64,000 bases of DNA, taken from Antechinus flavipes (lineage: Eukaryota). Within the stretch, counting starts at the first letter, position 1. Each line of letters starts with the position of its first letter. Shown piece after piece: positions 20,701-32,800 of this stretch. Where the stretch lies: positions 252,464,001 to 252,528,000 of the forward strand of contig NC_067403.1 of assembly GCF_016432865.1 (NCBI RefSeq), written 5' to 3'. The translations under genes were made by a program, and so were the position numbers. Under the pieces are notes generated by a model. That model saw only the letters and a program-made list of their open reading frames with translations, did no database searches and had not been told where the DNA came from.

Positions 20701-23540
20701 ATAGGTCCGTTCGCCAGTATCCGACTCCATCCTGGGAGAGCAGACCCTGTCCGTGACTGATGAAAAGGTGTCCGTGCTGGAACTTCGGGTGCAGCCGGTG
20801 ATGAGCATCTCGCTGGCCTTGAATCGGGGCACCGCCCATCCTGGGGAGATCACGGCGACATGCTGGGCACACACAGCTCCACCCGGCTCGAAACAGGTGA
20901 AGGCCAGGGGGCAGATGGTCCACGGATGGGCAGCCAACCTCCCCAGAGGGAGACAAGGCTAGGGGCTCCAGAGAGAAGGGTGGAGGTGGGAGAGAGGGAA
21001 GAGGGAGGCCCAGTGACCACCCAAAGGAAAATGCTCTGCAGAGCCCCTGGCCAGGGGGGCTGAAGGCTGGCCCCAGGGCCCCATGGAGTATTGAAAGGCT
21101 GAAAGCTGGCCTGGGCCCTCTGTGGAGGATGGAGAGAGGGTAGAGGCTGGCCCTGGGCCCCCTGTGGAGCATGGGTGGGGGGCTGGCGGCTGGCCCTGGG
21201 CCCCCTGTGGAGCATGGGGGGGGGCTGGCGGCTGGCCCTGGGCCCCTTGTGGAACACCGAGGGGGGCTTAAGTTTGGCCTGGGCCCCCTGTGGAGTGTTT
21301 TGGGGGGAGCTTAAGTCTGGCCCTGGGCCCCCGTGGAGCATTGGGGGGGGGAGGCTAAGGCTGGCCCTGGGCCCCCTGTGGAGCATTGGGGGGGGGAGGG
21401 CTGAAGGATGGCCCTGGGCCCCCTGTGGAGCATGGGGGGAGCTGAAATCTGGCCCTGGGCCCCCTGTGGAGCATGGGGGGAGCTGAAGGCTTCTGGGCCC
21501 CCTGTGGAGCATGGGGGGGGGAGGGGCTGAAGGATGGCCCTGGGCCCCCTGTGGAGCATGGGGGGAGCTGAAATCTGGCCCTGGGCCCCCTGTGGAGCAT
21601 GGGGGGAGCTGAAGGCTTCTGGGCCCCCTGTGGAGCATTGGGGGGGAGGGGCTGAAGGATGGCCCTGGGCCCCCTGTGGAGCACTAGGGGGGAGGCTGAA
21701 GGCTTCTGGGCCCCCTGTGGAGCATTGGGGGGGAGGGGCTGAAGGATGGCCCTGGGCCCCCTGTGGAGCATAGGGGGGAGGCTGAAGGCTGGTCCTGGGC
21801 CCCCTGTGGAGCACGGAGGGAGGAGCTTAAGTTTGGCCTGGGCCCCCTGTGGAGCATGGGGGGGGGCTGAAGGATGGCCCTGGGCCCCCTGTGGAGCATG
21901 GGGGGAGCTGAAATCTGGCCCTGGGCCCCCTGTGGAGCATGGGGGGAGCTGAAGGCTTCTGGGCCCCCTGTGGAGCATTGGGGGGGGAGGGGCTGAAGGA
22001 TGGCCCTGGGCCCCCTGTGGAGCACTAGGGGGGAGGCTGAAGGCTTCTGGGCCCCCTGTGGAGCATTGGGGGGGAGGGGCTGAAGGATGGCCCTGGGCCC
22101 CCTGTGGAGCACTAGGGGGGAGGCTGAAGGCTGGTCCTGGGCCCCCTGTGGAGCACGGAGGGAGGAGCTTAAGTTTGGCCCTGGGCCCCCTGTGGAGCAT
22201 GGGGGGGAGGCTGAAGGCTGGCCCTGGGCCCCCCGTGGAGCATGGGGGGGAGGCTGAAGGCCCTGGGCCCCCTGTGGAGCATGGGGGGGCTGAAGGCTGG
22301 CCCTGGGCCCCCCGTGGAGCACGGAGGGGGGCCGGAGGCAGGAGGCGATTAACCGGGCGGCCTCTCTCCCTGTTTGCTTCTGTTACTGTCTGGCCTCTTC
22401 CGTGTGTCTGCCCGCGGGCGGCGTGTGTGTCTGCGTTCTTGTCTCTTGTCCCACTGTGCCCCCCTCCCCGTGGCCCTGCAGGCGGTGGCCTTCTCCCTGT
22501 GGCTGGCCTTCTCGGACCACACCCTGGCTCCGGCAGAGCTGTTTGACCGCAGGGACTTGGCCCTGTCGGTCTCCACCGAGGAGCCGGGAGCCTTCTCGCC
22601 AGCGGTCGCCAGCAGGGATACGGGGGACTTCTTTGGGGGGCTGGTGAGTGGAGCGGCCGAGGAGGGGACGCCCCTGCAGGTGGGCCTGCACTCCCCGGAG
22701 GCCTGCCGCCGGGGCAAGCACCGGCCCCCGCTGGCCTCGGCCACGGCCTGGCTGGGGCCGCCCCCAGCGCCCCCTCAGCAGCACGAGCAGGTTCCCCCAG
22801 TGGCCTCGGCTCCCCCGGTCACCCAGAGCCAGGGTGGGGGCGGGAGGCGTCAGGGGCCGGAGGACGAGGGGGGGCTGAGGAGCAAGTTTGAGCGGCCGGA
22901 GCACCTGGGGGAGGAGCCGGAGGAGGAGGAGGAGGAGGAGCCGGAGGAGGAGGAGGAGGAGATGGTGAGGGCCCCTCAGAGGGTGACGGACCTGGAGCTG
23001 GGCCTCTACGCCCTGCTCAGCATCTTCTGCCTGGCCATCCTCATTTTCCTTATCAACGGGGTGGTCTTTGTGCTGCGCTACCAGCGCAAGGAGCCCCCTG
23101 ACGCCCCGGCCTCCGGGGGCCCCACTTCCCCGCAGCCCCACAACTGGGTCTGGCTGGGGACGGATCAGGAGGAGCTGAGCCGGCAGCTGGACCGGCGACC
23201 CCCCCGGGAGGAGAGGCCCCCGAGCCCAGCCGCCCCCGCCTCGGGGGAGGGGGGCTGCCACTGCGAGGGGGGCGGAGGCGGCGGCGGCAGCCCGGACCCC
23301 ACTCCACCCCTGGGGGCCACTCTGCCCCGGAAAGAGCCGGGGGGCCGGAGGAAGCGGGTGGAGTTTGTGACCTTTGCCGCGGCGCCCCCGGCCCGGCCCC
23401 CCGAGGAGCCTCCGGCTCCGGCCGTCCAGTCTATTCTGGTGGCCGGGGAAGACGACATCCGCTGGGTGTGTGAGGACATGGGCCTGCGGGACCCCGATGA
23501 GCTGAGGAGCTACATGGAGAGGATCCGGGGCAGCTCCTGA
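11360..23540 (+). CDS. TMEM132A: Transmembrane protein 132A; join(11360..11468,13763..13977,14240..14458,14730..15061,15237..15383,17250..17442,17874..18017,19358..19560,20320..20596,20705..20896,22482..23540), 1029 aa
   Basis: Eleven exons with GT-AG junctions sum to 3090 nt in frame. Peptides DPVYLPATLELL, WDVRAVSVE, SEFLWVDFVVEN, VDFWWRRLRASLR, DLELGLYALLSIFCLAILIFLINGVVFVLRY, RKRVEFVTF (RVxF/WIRS region) and the C-terminus MERIRGSS match human TMEM132A. Confidence 0.95.
13065..13115. repeat. 18-bp tandem repeat, 3 copies
   Basis: ctcccggctgccctgccc repeated in TMEM132A intron 1. Confidence 0.7.
15825..16960. repeat. Purine-rich complex minisatellite in TMEM132A intron 5
   Basis: About 1.1 kb built from ggccaggagg / ggccagagag / ggggctaggg variants, with almost no T on the + strand. 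Confidence 0.9.
21040..22330. repeat. ~41-bp minisatellite in TMEM132A intron 10, about 30 copies
   Basis: Unit gctgaaggatggccctgggccccctgtggagcatggggggga; period 41 between 21541 and 21582, with variable G-run length. Confidence 0.92.
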
Positions 23541-23734
23541 CGCCCCGCCCCCTTCCCGCCCACGGCCTCCTGGGGTCGCGGGGCGGAGTCGGAGAGCGCC
23601 CCTCCCCTGCTTCCATCCCCCCTGGGGGCCGGCCCGAGCCCTCGCGCCCCCGGCCTGCCGCTCCCGCCCCCACCCCCTCCTCCTCCTCGCCGCGGGGCGG
23701 GGAAGGGCCGCTGCCCGTTATTTATGACAAATGT

Positions 23735-23740
23735 TTTATT
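23735..23740 (-). terminator. Polyadenylation signal (AATAAA) of SLC15A3
   Basis: TTTATT on the + strand, about 65 nt past the SLC15A3 stop codon. Confidence 0.7.
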
Positions 23741-23755
23741 CTCGCGTCGGGTACA

Positions 23756-23761
23756 AATAAA
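23756..23761 (+). terminator. Polyadenylation signal (AATAAA) of TMEM132A
   Basis: First AATAAA after the TMEM132A stop codon at 23540. Confidence 0.75.
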
Positions 23762-23805
23762 AGGAGATGGAGCCCAGAGCCTGCCTGCTCTTGGCGCCGG
23801 CGCCC

Positions 23806-26800
23806 TCAGCCGCCCTCTCTCCCGGGGCTGCGGCGGCCGGGCGGCCCCGGGGCCGACCTCTCGTAGCGGGTGGCGATCGCCAGGAAGAGGAGCGCCGTGG
23901 CCGCCTGGATGCCGGCCAGCAGGAAGAAGTAGAGGTCCAGCCGGCAGTTGTTGATGTTTCCTGCGGACGGAGAGCCCCGGGCGCGTGAGGCCCCCTGCCC
24001 CGCCCGGGCGCAGCGGGAGCTGGGTTCGAGTCTCCCAGCGCCCCCGGCTCGGCTCTGGGAAGTGACGGTGGGGGCTGCTGACTGCCGGGCGCCCGCCCCC
24101 GCCGCCGCCCCTCCACTTCGGCCTCCCCCTTCCCCTTCTTGGCCTGGGGGGGGGTCTTATTTTAACATATGGCCCGAGGAATCTGGCTCCGCAGCCCCCC
24201 CCCCCCCACGGGAGGGAGCGAGCTGCTTCTGCTTTATGGGCCTCAGTTTCCCATCCGAGGACGGGGCAAGAGATTGTGACTTTAATACTAAGGCTTCCTC
24301 CAAGGGCGGGGGATCTTCCGTGTCTGAGGGCACAGGGTGGGCAGGGGACTTCCCCCAGCCCTGAGCTTCGTGCACCCCCTGCCCCCCCCACCCCCGCGCG
24401 CGCGCTCACCGTAATCCTTGGGGCAGTGCAGCCAGCCCCCTGCCGGGAGGGACAATAAGGCCACCAGACCCGAGCCCAGAAGGGAGCCGATCCCAGACAG
24501 GAAGTAGAAGATGCCCATGATGGCGCCCTGCATGGACCGGGGAGCTTCCGAGTAGGCAAACTCCAGACCTAGGGCAGAGCGGGAGGGGGTGAGCAGGGGA
24601 GGAAACCCGGCCAGGCTACAGACCCTGGGAAGGGGCCCGTCCCTTAAAACTCCAGCGGGACCCGGTTCCGGGCTCAGCCCTGAGCAGGGGGAAAGAGGCC
24701 GGATTCCGGGGCGGGAGCCGACCAGAGACCCCGCACTCCCTGCTGACTGAGCTAGAACGGGGGCCAGCCTCTGCCGGGGCTCTGGGGCGGGGGGAGGCCT
24801 GGCTCTGGCCTCAGGGGAGATTCTCCCAGTTGGACCCATGGAAGCCCCGGGGGAAGGATGATGACCAGCTGCTCCCGGACCAACACTGCTCCGCCCTCCC
24901 TCTGCCATTATAAGGATATTATGTTGCCCATGGGCGTGTAATATTCAGCCACAGCCCCTTGCAAACCTCCCCCCAAGCCTGCTGGTCTCCAAGTACCCTC
25001 CTCAGATTCCTTTCTGCCCTTCTGCGAGCTTCGCCCCCAACCCAAAGCCTGGAGTTCAGGTTCCCAAGGGGCAGATTAGAACTTGGCCCAAGGCGCAAGG
25101 CCCCACATCTGTCCCGGGATGCACCCGGCGGCCTTGGGAGGGGGTCGGTCTCCTCTCCTTGGAGAGCTTTAGGTGGAAGCTCGGAGCCTCCTGGTGGTTC
25201 TGGAGCCGGCATTTGGCCCTCCCTGCGAGGCTGCTTCCAACGCTGAGGTTCTGTGCTGCCCCCTCTGCCTCGGGACAGTTTCTGGGCCCACAATCCCCGG
25301 GCCGGGAGCCTTTCTCACCTCTTCTGGGCTCACACTGAGACTTCCATCTGAATTCTATCAAGAGGGCACCCACTCCTGAGGGGCCCCTGGTCTTTGGGGA
25401 AGGGGGGAAGGGGGTTGCCATGGTACCTGGGATGCTGGCAAAAATCTCGCTGATACCAATGAGGAGATACTGAGGGATCTGCCACCAGATATACATAGGG
25501 GCTGCAAAGTACAAGTCCTCTCCAATTTGCTGAGCCACTGTCTCATTGAGGTGGATGTACTGGAGCCTCTTGGTCTCCAGGATGCCTGTTGGGAATCGTC
25601 AGGATTGAGCACCTTGGGGATTGTGGGTTACAGCCTCATCCTCTACCACCTAATTTACCTGCCAGTAGGTAACTCTGTGCCCCATGATCTAAGACCCACC
25701 CAGCTCCAACACCCTATGCCCCGTGTCCTGAGGTCCATCACCCTGTGCTCTGGGGCCTGAGCTCCATCACCCTATGCCCTGGGGCCTGAGCTCCATCACC
25801 CTGTGCCCCGTGTCCTGAGGTCCATCACCCTGTGCTCTGGGGCCTGAGCTCCATCACCCTATGTCCTGGGGCCTGAGCTCCATCACTCTGTGCCCCATGT
25901 CCTGAGCTCCATCACTCTATGCCCCGTGTCCTGAGCTCCACTACCCCGTGATCCATGTCCTGAGCTCCATCACCCTGTGCCCCGTGTCCTGAGCTCCATC
26001 ACTCTATGCCCCGTGTCCTGAGCTCCATCACCCTATGCTCTGGGGCCTGAGCTCCATCACCCTGTGCCCCGTGTCCTGAGCTCCATCACTCTATGCCCCG
26101 TGTCCTGAGCTCCATCACCCTATGCTCTGGGGCCTGAGCTCCATCACCCTGTGCCCCGTGTCCTGAGCTCCATCACTCTGTGCCCCATGTCCTGAGCTCC
26201 ATCACTCTATGCCCCGTGTCCTGAGCTCCATTACCCCGTGATCCATGTCCTGAGCTCCATCACCCTATGCTCTGGGGCCTGAGCTCCATCACTCTATGCC
26301 CCGTGTCCTGAGCTCCATCACCTTGTGCTCTGGGGCCTGAGCTCCATCACCCTGTGCCCCGTGTCCTGAACTCCATTACCCCGTGATCCATGTCCTGAGC
26401 TCCATCACCCTATGCTCTGGGGCCTGAGCTCCATCACCCTATGTCCTGGAGCCTGAGTTCCATCACCCTGTATCCCGTGTCCTGAGCTCCATCACCCTGT
26501 GCTCTGGGGCCTGAGCTCCATCACCCTGTGCCCCGTGTCCTGAACTCCATTACCCCGTGATCCATGTCCTGAGCTCCATCACCCTATGCTCTGGGGCCTG
26601 AGCTCCATCACTCTGTGCCCCATGTCCTGAGCTCCATCACTCTATGCCCCGTGTCCTGAGCTCCATTACCCCGTGATCCATGTCCTGAGCTCCATCACCC
26701 TATGCTCTGGGGCCTGAGTTCCATCACTCTGTGCCCCGTGTCCTGAGCTCCATCACCCTATGCCCTGGAGCCTGAGTTCCATCACCCTGTATCCCATGTC

Positions 26801-29800
26801 CTGAGCTCCATCACCCTGTGCTCTGGGGCCTGAGCTCCATCACCCTGTGCCCCGTGTCCTGAACTCCATTACCCCGTGATCCATGTCCTGAGCTCCATCA
26901 CCCTATGCTCTGGGGCCTGAGCTCCATCACTCTGTGCCCCATGTCCTGAGCTCCATCACCCTATGCCCTGGAGCCTGAGTTCCATCACCCTGTGCCCCAT
27001 GTCCTGAGTTCCAATGCCCTGTGTCCTGAGCTCCATCACCCTGTGCCCTATGATCCAAGGCCCCACCCAGCTCCAATACTCTGCTCTGGGTTCTAAGGCC
27101 ATCCATTCCTGGCCTAAGGTTCTCGAGTACAGGGATGAGCAGCTTCCTCCTTCCTACCACGGCATCCGATTTGGCCCCGTGGTCCTCGTGGCGGGCACGG
27201 AACCCCCGCTTTCCTGGCCCAGGATGGCCAGATCTGGCCCCAGCTCCCCCCACTCCCCCACAGGCTGCTGAGCTGCCCTCCCTCACACCCCCTCCCCAGA
27301 ATGACCTGCCACGATGACGGAAGCAAAGCCGAAGAACATGCCCAGGGCCATCTTCTTGAGAAGCGAGGGGAGCAGCTTCCGGCGCTGCAGGAAGGGATCG
27401 AGGAATCGGTCCTTCAGAGGGACCAGGACCAGTACCATGACCACATTGGCCAGAAGGAGCCAGGCTTCCGGAAACTGGAAGGGAGGGAACCAGATCAGGG
27501 CCTAGCCCGGCGCCTGGGAAGCAGAGGGGGGTCCGGGTCAGGGCCGGTGCCCGCCCGGGTGGGATGTCCCCCAGGCGTCTGGGACAGAGAGCAGCAAGGG
27601 GATGCTCGTCACCAGCTCTGGTCATCAGTCAGGCGAGATTCAGGATGCCCCCATCCAGTAAAGGCTCCCCCACCCCCCGGCAGCCACCGGTCTGACAGGG
27701 AGGGAGGCCTGAAGGCAGTGGGGAGCCCCGCAGATGCTTCCTGGGAGCCCCAGGTTCCGGACAGAGCCAAGGTCCCAGTACCTCCTCTCCCAGTAAAGGG
27801 TTCTGTTTACAGAAAGGAGGGAATAAATTCAGGGAAGCGGGGGATGAAACTGGGGGGATGCTGCATTTGGAACGGAGATGTGAGTGGGTTCTCACCAGAC
27901 ACACAGCAGCTAAGTGAGCTTTGCAAAGAACTCGGGCTCTCCGTTTCCTCACAGGTAAAATGGGGGTATTAATGCTCCCTACAGGGCAGATGGGCCTAAG
28001 AACTGAACTGATTGAGCACCTCTAGTTCTCCAACATTGGGATCTGAGGACCCCTTTGGAAAGTTTCTGCAGCCCCCTCCAAAGGGCTTTGGGAGTTCTAC
28101 CCACATTTACCATTTTAGAAACAATATTTCTATCATTAGTGTTATCATGAACAAATTTTGACCTTGTGATCCCCTAACAGGGTCTTGGGGTCCCGTAGGA
28201 GACCCTCTTTCTCCCTGACCACAGCTTGAGAATGGCTGGAGTAGATGGACTCTGGGATCTTCTAATTCCAGCATTCGATGCTCATTCCTAATGTTTGCAG
28301 ATGCTCTGATCTTCTTCAACACTAACGTACTGAAAGCCCCTTTCAGACGCCAATATTCCATTTTAGAATGTGGCCAAGGCTTTGCCTAATGCTAACATTG
28401 TGTTCCAAGATTCCTTCCAGCTTTAATATTCCATGTTCTCTGACATTCCCTGTTCTAAGATCCTTCCCAACACTAACATTCCTGGTTCTAAGGTCTCTCC
28501 CAACATTAACATTCCCTGTTCTAAGGTCCCTCCTAACACTAACATTCCCTGTTCTAAAGGCCCTTTCTCTCTGACATTCTCTGTTCTAAGGTCCTTCCCA
28601 ATACTAATATTCCTGGTTCTAAGGTCTGTGCCAACACTAACATTCCCTGTTCTAAGGTCCCTCCTAACACTAACATTCCCTGTTCTAAAGGTGCCCCCAG
28701 GTCTGACATTCCCTGTTTTAAAGGCCACCCAGGTCTGATATTCCCTGTTCTAAGGGTTCCCCAGCTCTGACATTCTGTGTTCTCTGCTCAGGTTAATATT
28801 CTCAGGCTCCTCCCAGCTCTGATTTTCGGCTTCTCCGTGGGCTCCAGCCCTGTGTTCTGAAGTTTCTCCCAGCTCTGACACCCCATGTTCTGTTTTCTAC
28901 GATCTTGTCTCATTCTAACACTCCCCATCCGCAGGTTCCTCCGAGCTCTGGTTCCTAGGAACCCATAACTCTGCCGTCGCCCCTGGTCGGTAGGAAGTCC
29001 ATTCTACCAATGAGAGCATGTGGGTCACACGGCTACTAAGTGTCAGACCTCTCCATCCCTCTGCCCCCATCCTCCCCCTCCCCATCCCATCCTCATTGGA
29101 ATTACAGGACTAGACCCAAGTTCTTGCTGACCAGGCTGGCTTCCCGTCCCCCAGAAAGAAGCCCCAGGGGACTGGCAATACTCAGGGTTCGGCTGTTTCT
29201 GGTTCTGGTTCTGGGGACAGGGGGAGGGTCAGTTGGAAAGGACGGGACTTTGTCTCACCCTGTAGCTGCTCTTGTCCTGGGGAAGCTTGTTGCTGTTGCT
29301 CCCATTGTCCGATGGGTTCTGGAAAATATGTGGGATTTGGAGGTGCAAGCCCTGTAGGACATAAGTGGACTGCATCTGGGGGGAGAGAGAGAAAGGACAG
29401 AGCAGGAGTCAGACTCCCCGCTTTCCCTGGATTTATGAGGAGTTCCCAGAATCCTCCCGGATGCTGCCCCACCCTCCACTCAGCTCCTTTCTGCCTCCGA
29501 GTACTAAGAAACAGAATGGGAAACATTTCTAGCATCAGGGAAAAGCGAGACTTTCCAGAATTCCTTTTCCTACAATTGAACCATCTCAACATAGTGCCTG
29601 CGGTATTGGCCAATCCTCTGGTTCCATTAGTGCAGGGAACTCCCAAAAAGAAAATCTCCCCTGCAACGTAGAGAGTGACCTGGGACACCTGTCCAGGATC
29701 ACCCAGCCCCTTAATGTGGACAGTAGGATTCGAACCCAGGATCACTCAGCCCCTTAATGTGGACAGTAGGATTCGAACCCAGGATCACCCAGCCTCTTAG

Positions 29801-32800
29801 TGTGGACAGTAGGATTCGAACCCAGATTTCCCTTTCCAGCTCTCAGCCCACTAGTGCCAGACTAACTTAGGAGCACTTCCAAACCGGAAGTTTACAAGAA
29901 GCACACTTGAAACAGAGACACACACAGAGTAAAGGTAAGAGAATGGAGCTGAAGTTTAAAAAATAAAAAGCAAGCAGGGGTAGTAATCCTGATCTCAGAA
30001 AAGCAAAAGCAAAAATAAACCTAATGAAAAGAGATCAGCAGGGAAACATCGTTTTGCAAAAAGTGCCATAGACAACGAAGTGCTTTACCATTTGGTACGT
30101 GTATGTTTAGTCCTGACATTACTGAGTTGTCTATGGCACCTTTTAGTCATTTTGCTAAAAAGTGCCATATAATAAGGGGAAATTTCATATTTCGAGAGGC
30201 CTACTTGCATAAAATAGAGAAAGAGAAGATCAATGAATTGGGCTTGCAACTAAAAATGCTAGAAAAGGAACAAATTGAAAACTCCCAGTCAAACACTAAA
30301 TTTGAAATTCTAAAAATAAAAGGAGAGATCAATAAAATGGAAAGTAAAAAAACTATTGAATTAATTAATACAACTAAGAGTTGGTTCTATGAAAAAAAAA
30401 AACAAAATAGACAAACCCTTAGTAAATCTGACTTTTAAAAGTGCCATAGACAACAAAGTGCTTCACCATTTGTTAGCCACTCTCTGCGTCCGTGAGCTCC
30501 TGTATTAACAGTGGGTCCTGAGGGGAGATACGGCCGCTAAACTCCCCAGTGGAGGAAGGGCACGCGGACCCACCTGGAAATACACCATCCAGTAAGGCAC
30601 CAGCATCAACATCACGGGCAAGATCCTCATCAGCACCCGGAAGTTGGTGACATCTTCGTGGTGGGAAGGACTCCTCGGTGACCATCGTCTGCCAGGCAGC
30701 TCATGTTCATCTCGGGAGGGTCTGTAAGGGGAGCAGCACTCAGATACAGCCGATGGAGTTCCATCTCCCCCTTCATTATCCCCACCCCATCCTCATCCTC
30801 ACCGTTCATTCAACAAACATTTATTAAATGGCCTCAAATGAGCTATGCTGGGGGGAATGGTTCAAAAAATCACACAATCCCTGCTTCCGAGGCAGTCTGA
30901 TGGAGGAACGCCACGTGAACGTTTGTGAGGAAATAGAAAATACGTAGAATTTTAGGAATGGGGCACTACCAATCGAAGCTATCGGAAAGGGTACAGGACA
31001 TGGCAGTCTTTGAAGGGATCTGGAAATCTTGAGAAAGAGAACGTGTTCTAGGCATAGAAGTACTTTGTACAAAGGTGTGGAGGTAGGAGATGAAATTGAA
31101 TGTATGATTGTTGGTGGAATTGTGACCACATCCAGCCATTCTGGAGAGCAATTTGGAACTATGTCAAAAAGTTATCAAACTGTGCATCCCCTTTGATCCA
31201 GCAATGTTTCTACTGGGCTTATACCCCAAAGAGATACTAAAGAAGGGAATGGGACCTGTAGGTGCAAGAATGTTGTGGCAGGCCTGTTTGTAGTGGCCAG
31301 AAACTGGAAAATGAATGGATGCCCATCAATTGGAGAATGGTTGAATAAATTGTGGTATATGAATGTTATGGAATATTATTGCTCTGTAAGGAATGACCAG
31401 CAGGATGAATACAGAGAGGACTGGCGAGACTTACATGAACTGATGCTGAGTGAAATGAGCAGAACCAGGAGATCATTATGTACCTCAACAACGATACTGT
31501 TTGAGGATGTATTCTGATGGAAATGGATCTCTTCAATAAAGAGAGCTAACTCAGTTTCAATTGATCAAGGATGGACAGAAGCAGCTACACCCAAAGAAAC
31601 AACACTGGGAAATGAATATAAATTGCTTGCATTTTTGTTTTTCTTCCTGGGTTATTTCTACCTTCTGAATCCAATTCTCCCTGTGCAACAAGAGAACTGT
31701 TCGGTTCTGCACACATATATTGTATCTAGGATATTACTGCAACATATTTAACATGTATAGGACTGCTTGCCATCTGGGGAGGGGGTGGAGGGAAGGAGGG
31801 GAAAAATCAGAACAGAAGTGAGTGCAAGGGATAATACTGTAAAAAATTACCCTGGCATGGGTTCTGTCAATAAAAAGTTATTTTAAAAAAATAAAATAAA
31901 TAAATTAAATTAAAAAAAAAGAAATTCAATGTACGATCACTATCATCCTAGTTTCTCCTGAGCTCCATTCCCATATAAGTAGCTACCTGTTGGAGGTTTC
32001 TCCCTGGATTGGGACTTCAAACTTACCACCTCCCTCTTCCTGGAGTTTCCTATTTCTGCGGAGGGTATCATGAATTCATGATCTTTCCCTCAAATCTACC
32101 TGCCCCCTCCCTCTTCCTATAGTTTCCTATTCCTGAGGAAGGTATCACCATCCTTCAGATATCCAGCTCACAACCCCAGCCATCTTCAATTCTTCCTTCT
32201 CACCCCCCATATCCAAGAATCATCAAATGTGGGCATTTCTATCTTCACAAATATCTCCCATCTCTCTACTCACTTAGACACTGCCCATGTTCAGACCCTC
32301 ATTTTCTCTCACTTGGATTATTACAATGGCTTCCTTACTAGTCTCCCTGTCTTAAGCCTTTCCTCCTTGTAACTTTCTTTCACATGATCATCAAAATAAT
32401 TTTCCAAGGACAATCTTGCTCAATAAAAGCCAGGGATCCCCCGTTGCCCTTAGTATCAAGTATTAAAGTACAACTTTACAAGTTCCCTTTTAAGGCCCTT
32501 TACAACCTGGGTCCTACCCCCCCTTCCAGATGTACATAGATTGCTTGCCTCCTATTTAACAAAGCTAGCTTTCTCTCTTCTCGCACACGATTCCCCATCT
32601 TGGGTCTTGGTGCCCATCCCCCATGACTAGAGTTTAGTCCTTTCTCTCTCTCTCTTAAAACCATTCGATTCCCTCTGCTCAATCACTACCATCTACGTAC
32701 TTGAAGATTTTCCTGATTCCTGCTCACCATAACCCCTGCCTCCAGCTTCTAGGGCCCCCCTCCCGTATCAGTTTAAATGGACTTTGTGTCCATTTTTGTC

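Noticed and set aside
20850-22322. Long repetitive ORFs (MLHRGPR... repeats)
   Set aside because: Translations of the 41-bp minisatellite, with no evidence of coding function.
23510-24908. 349-aa and 206-aa minus-strand ORFs
   Set aside because: The 206-aa frame is SLC15A3 exon 7 plus intron read-through; the 349-aa frame is an alternative GC-rich frame over the last exons.
25720-27055. CRISPR-like array of 29-bp repeats
   Set aside because: Units are contiguous with no unique spacers and there are no cas genes; this is a eukaryotic intronic minisatellite.
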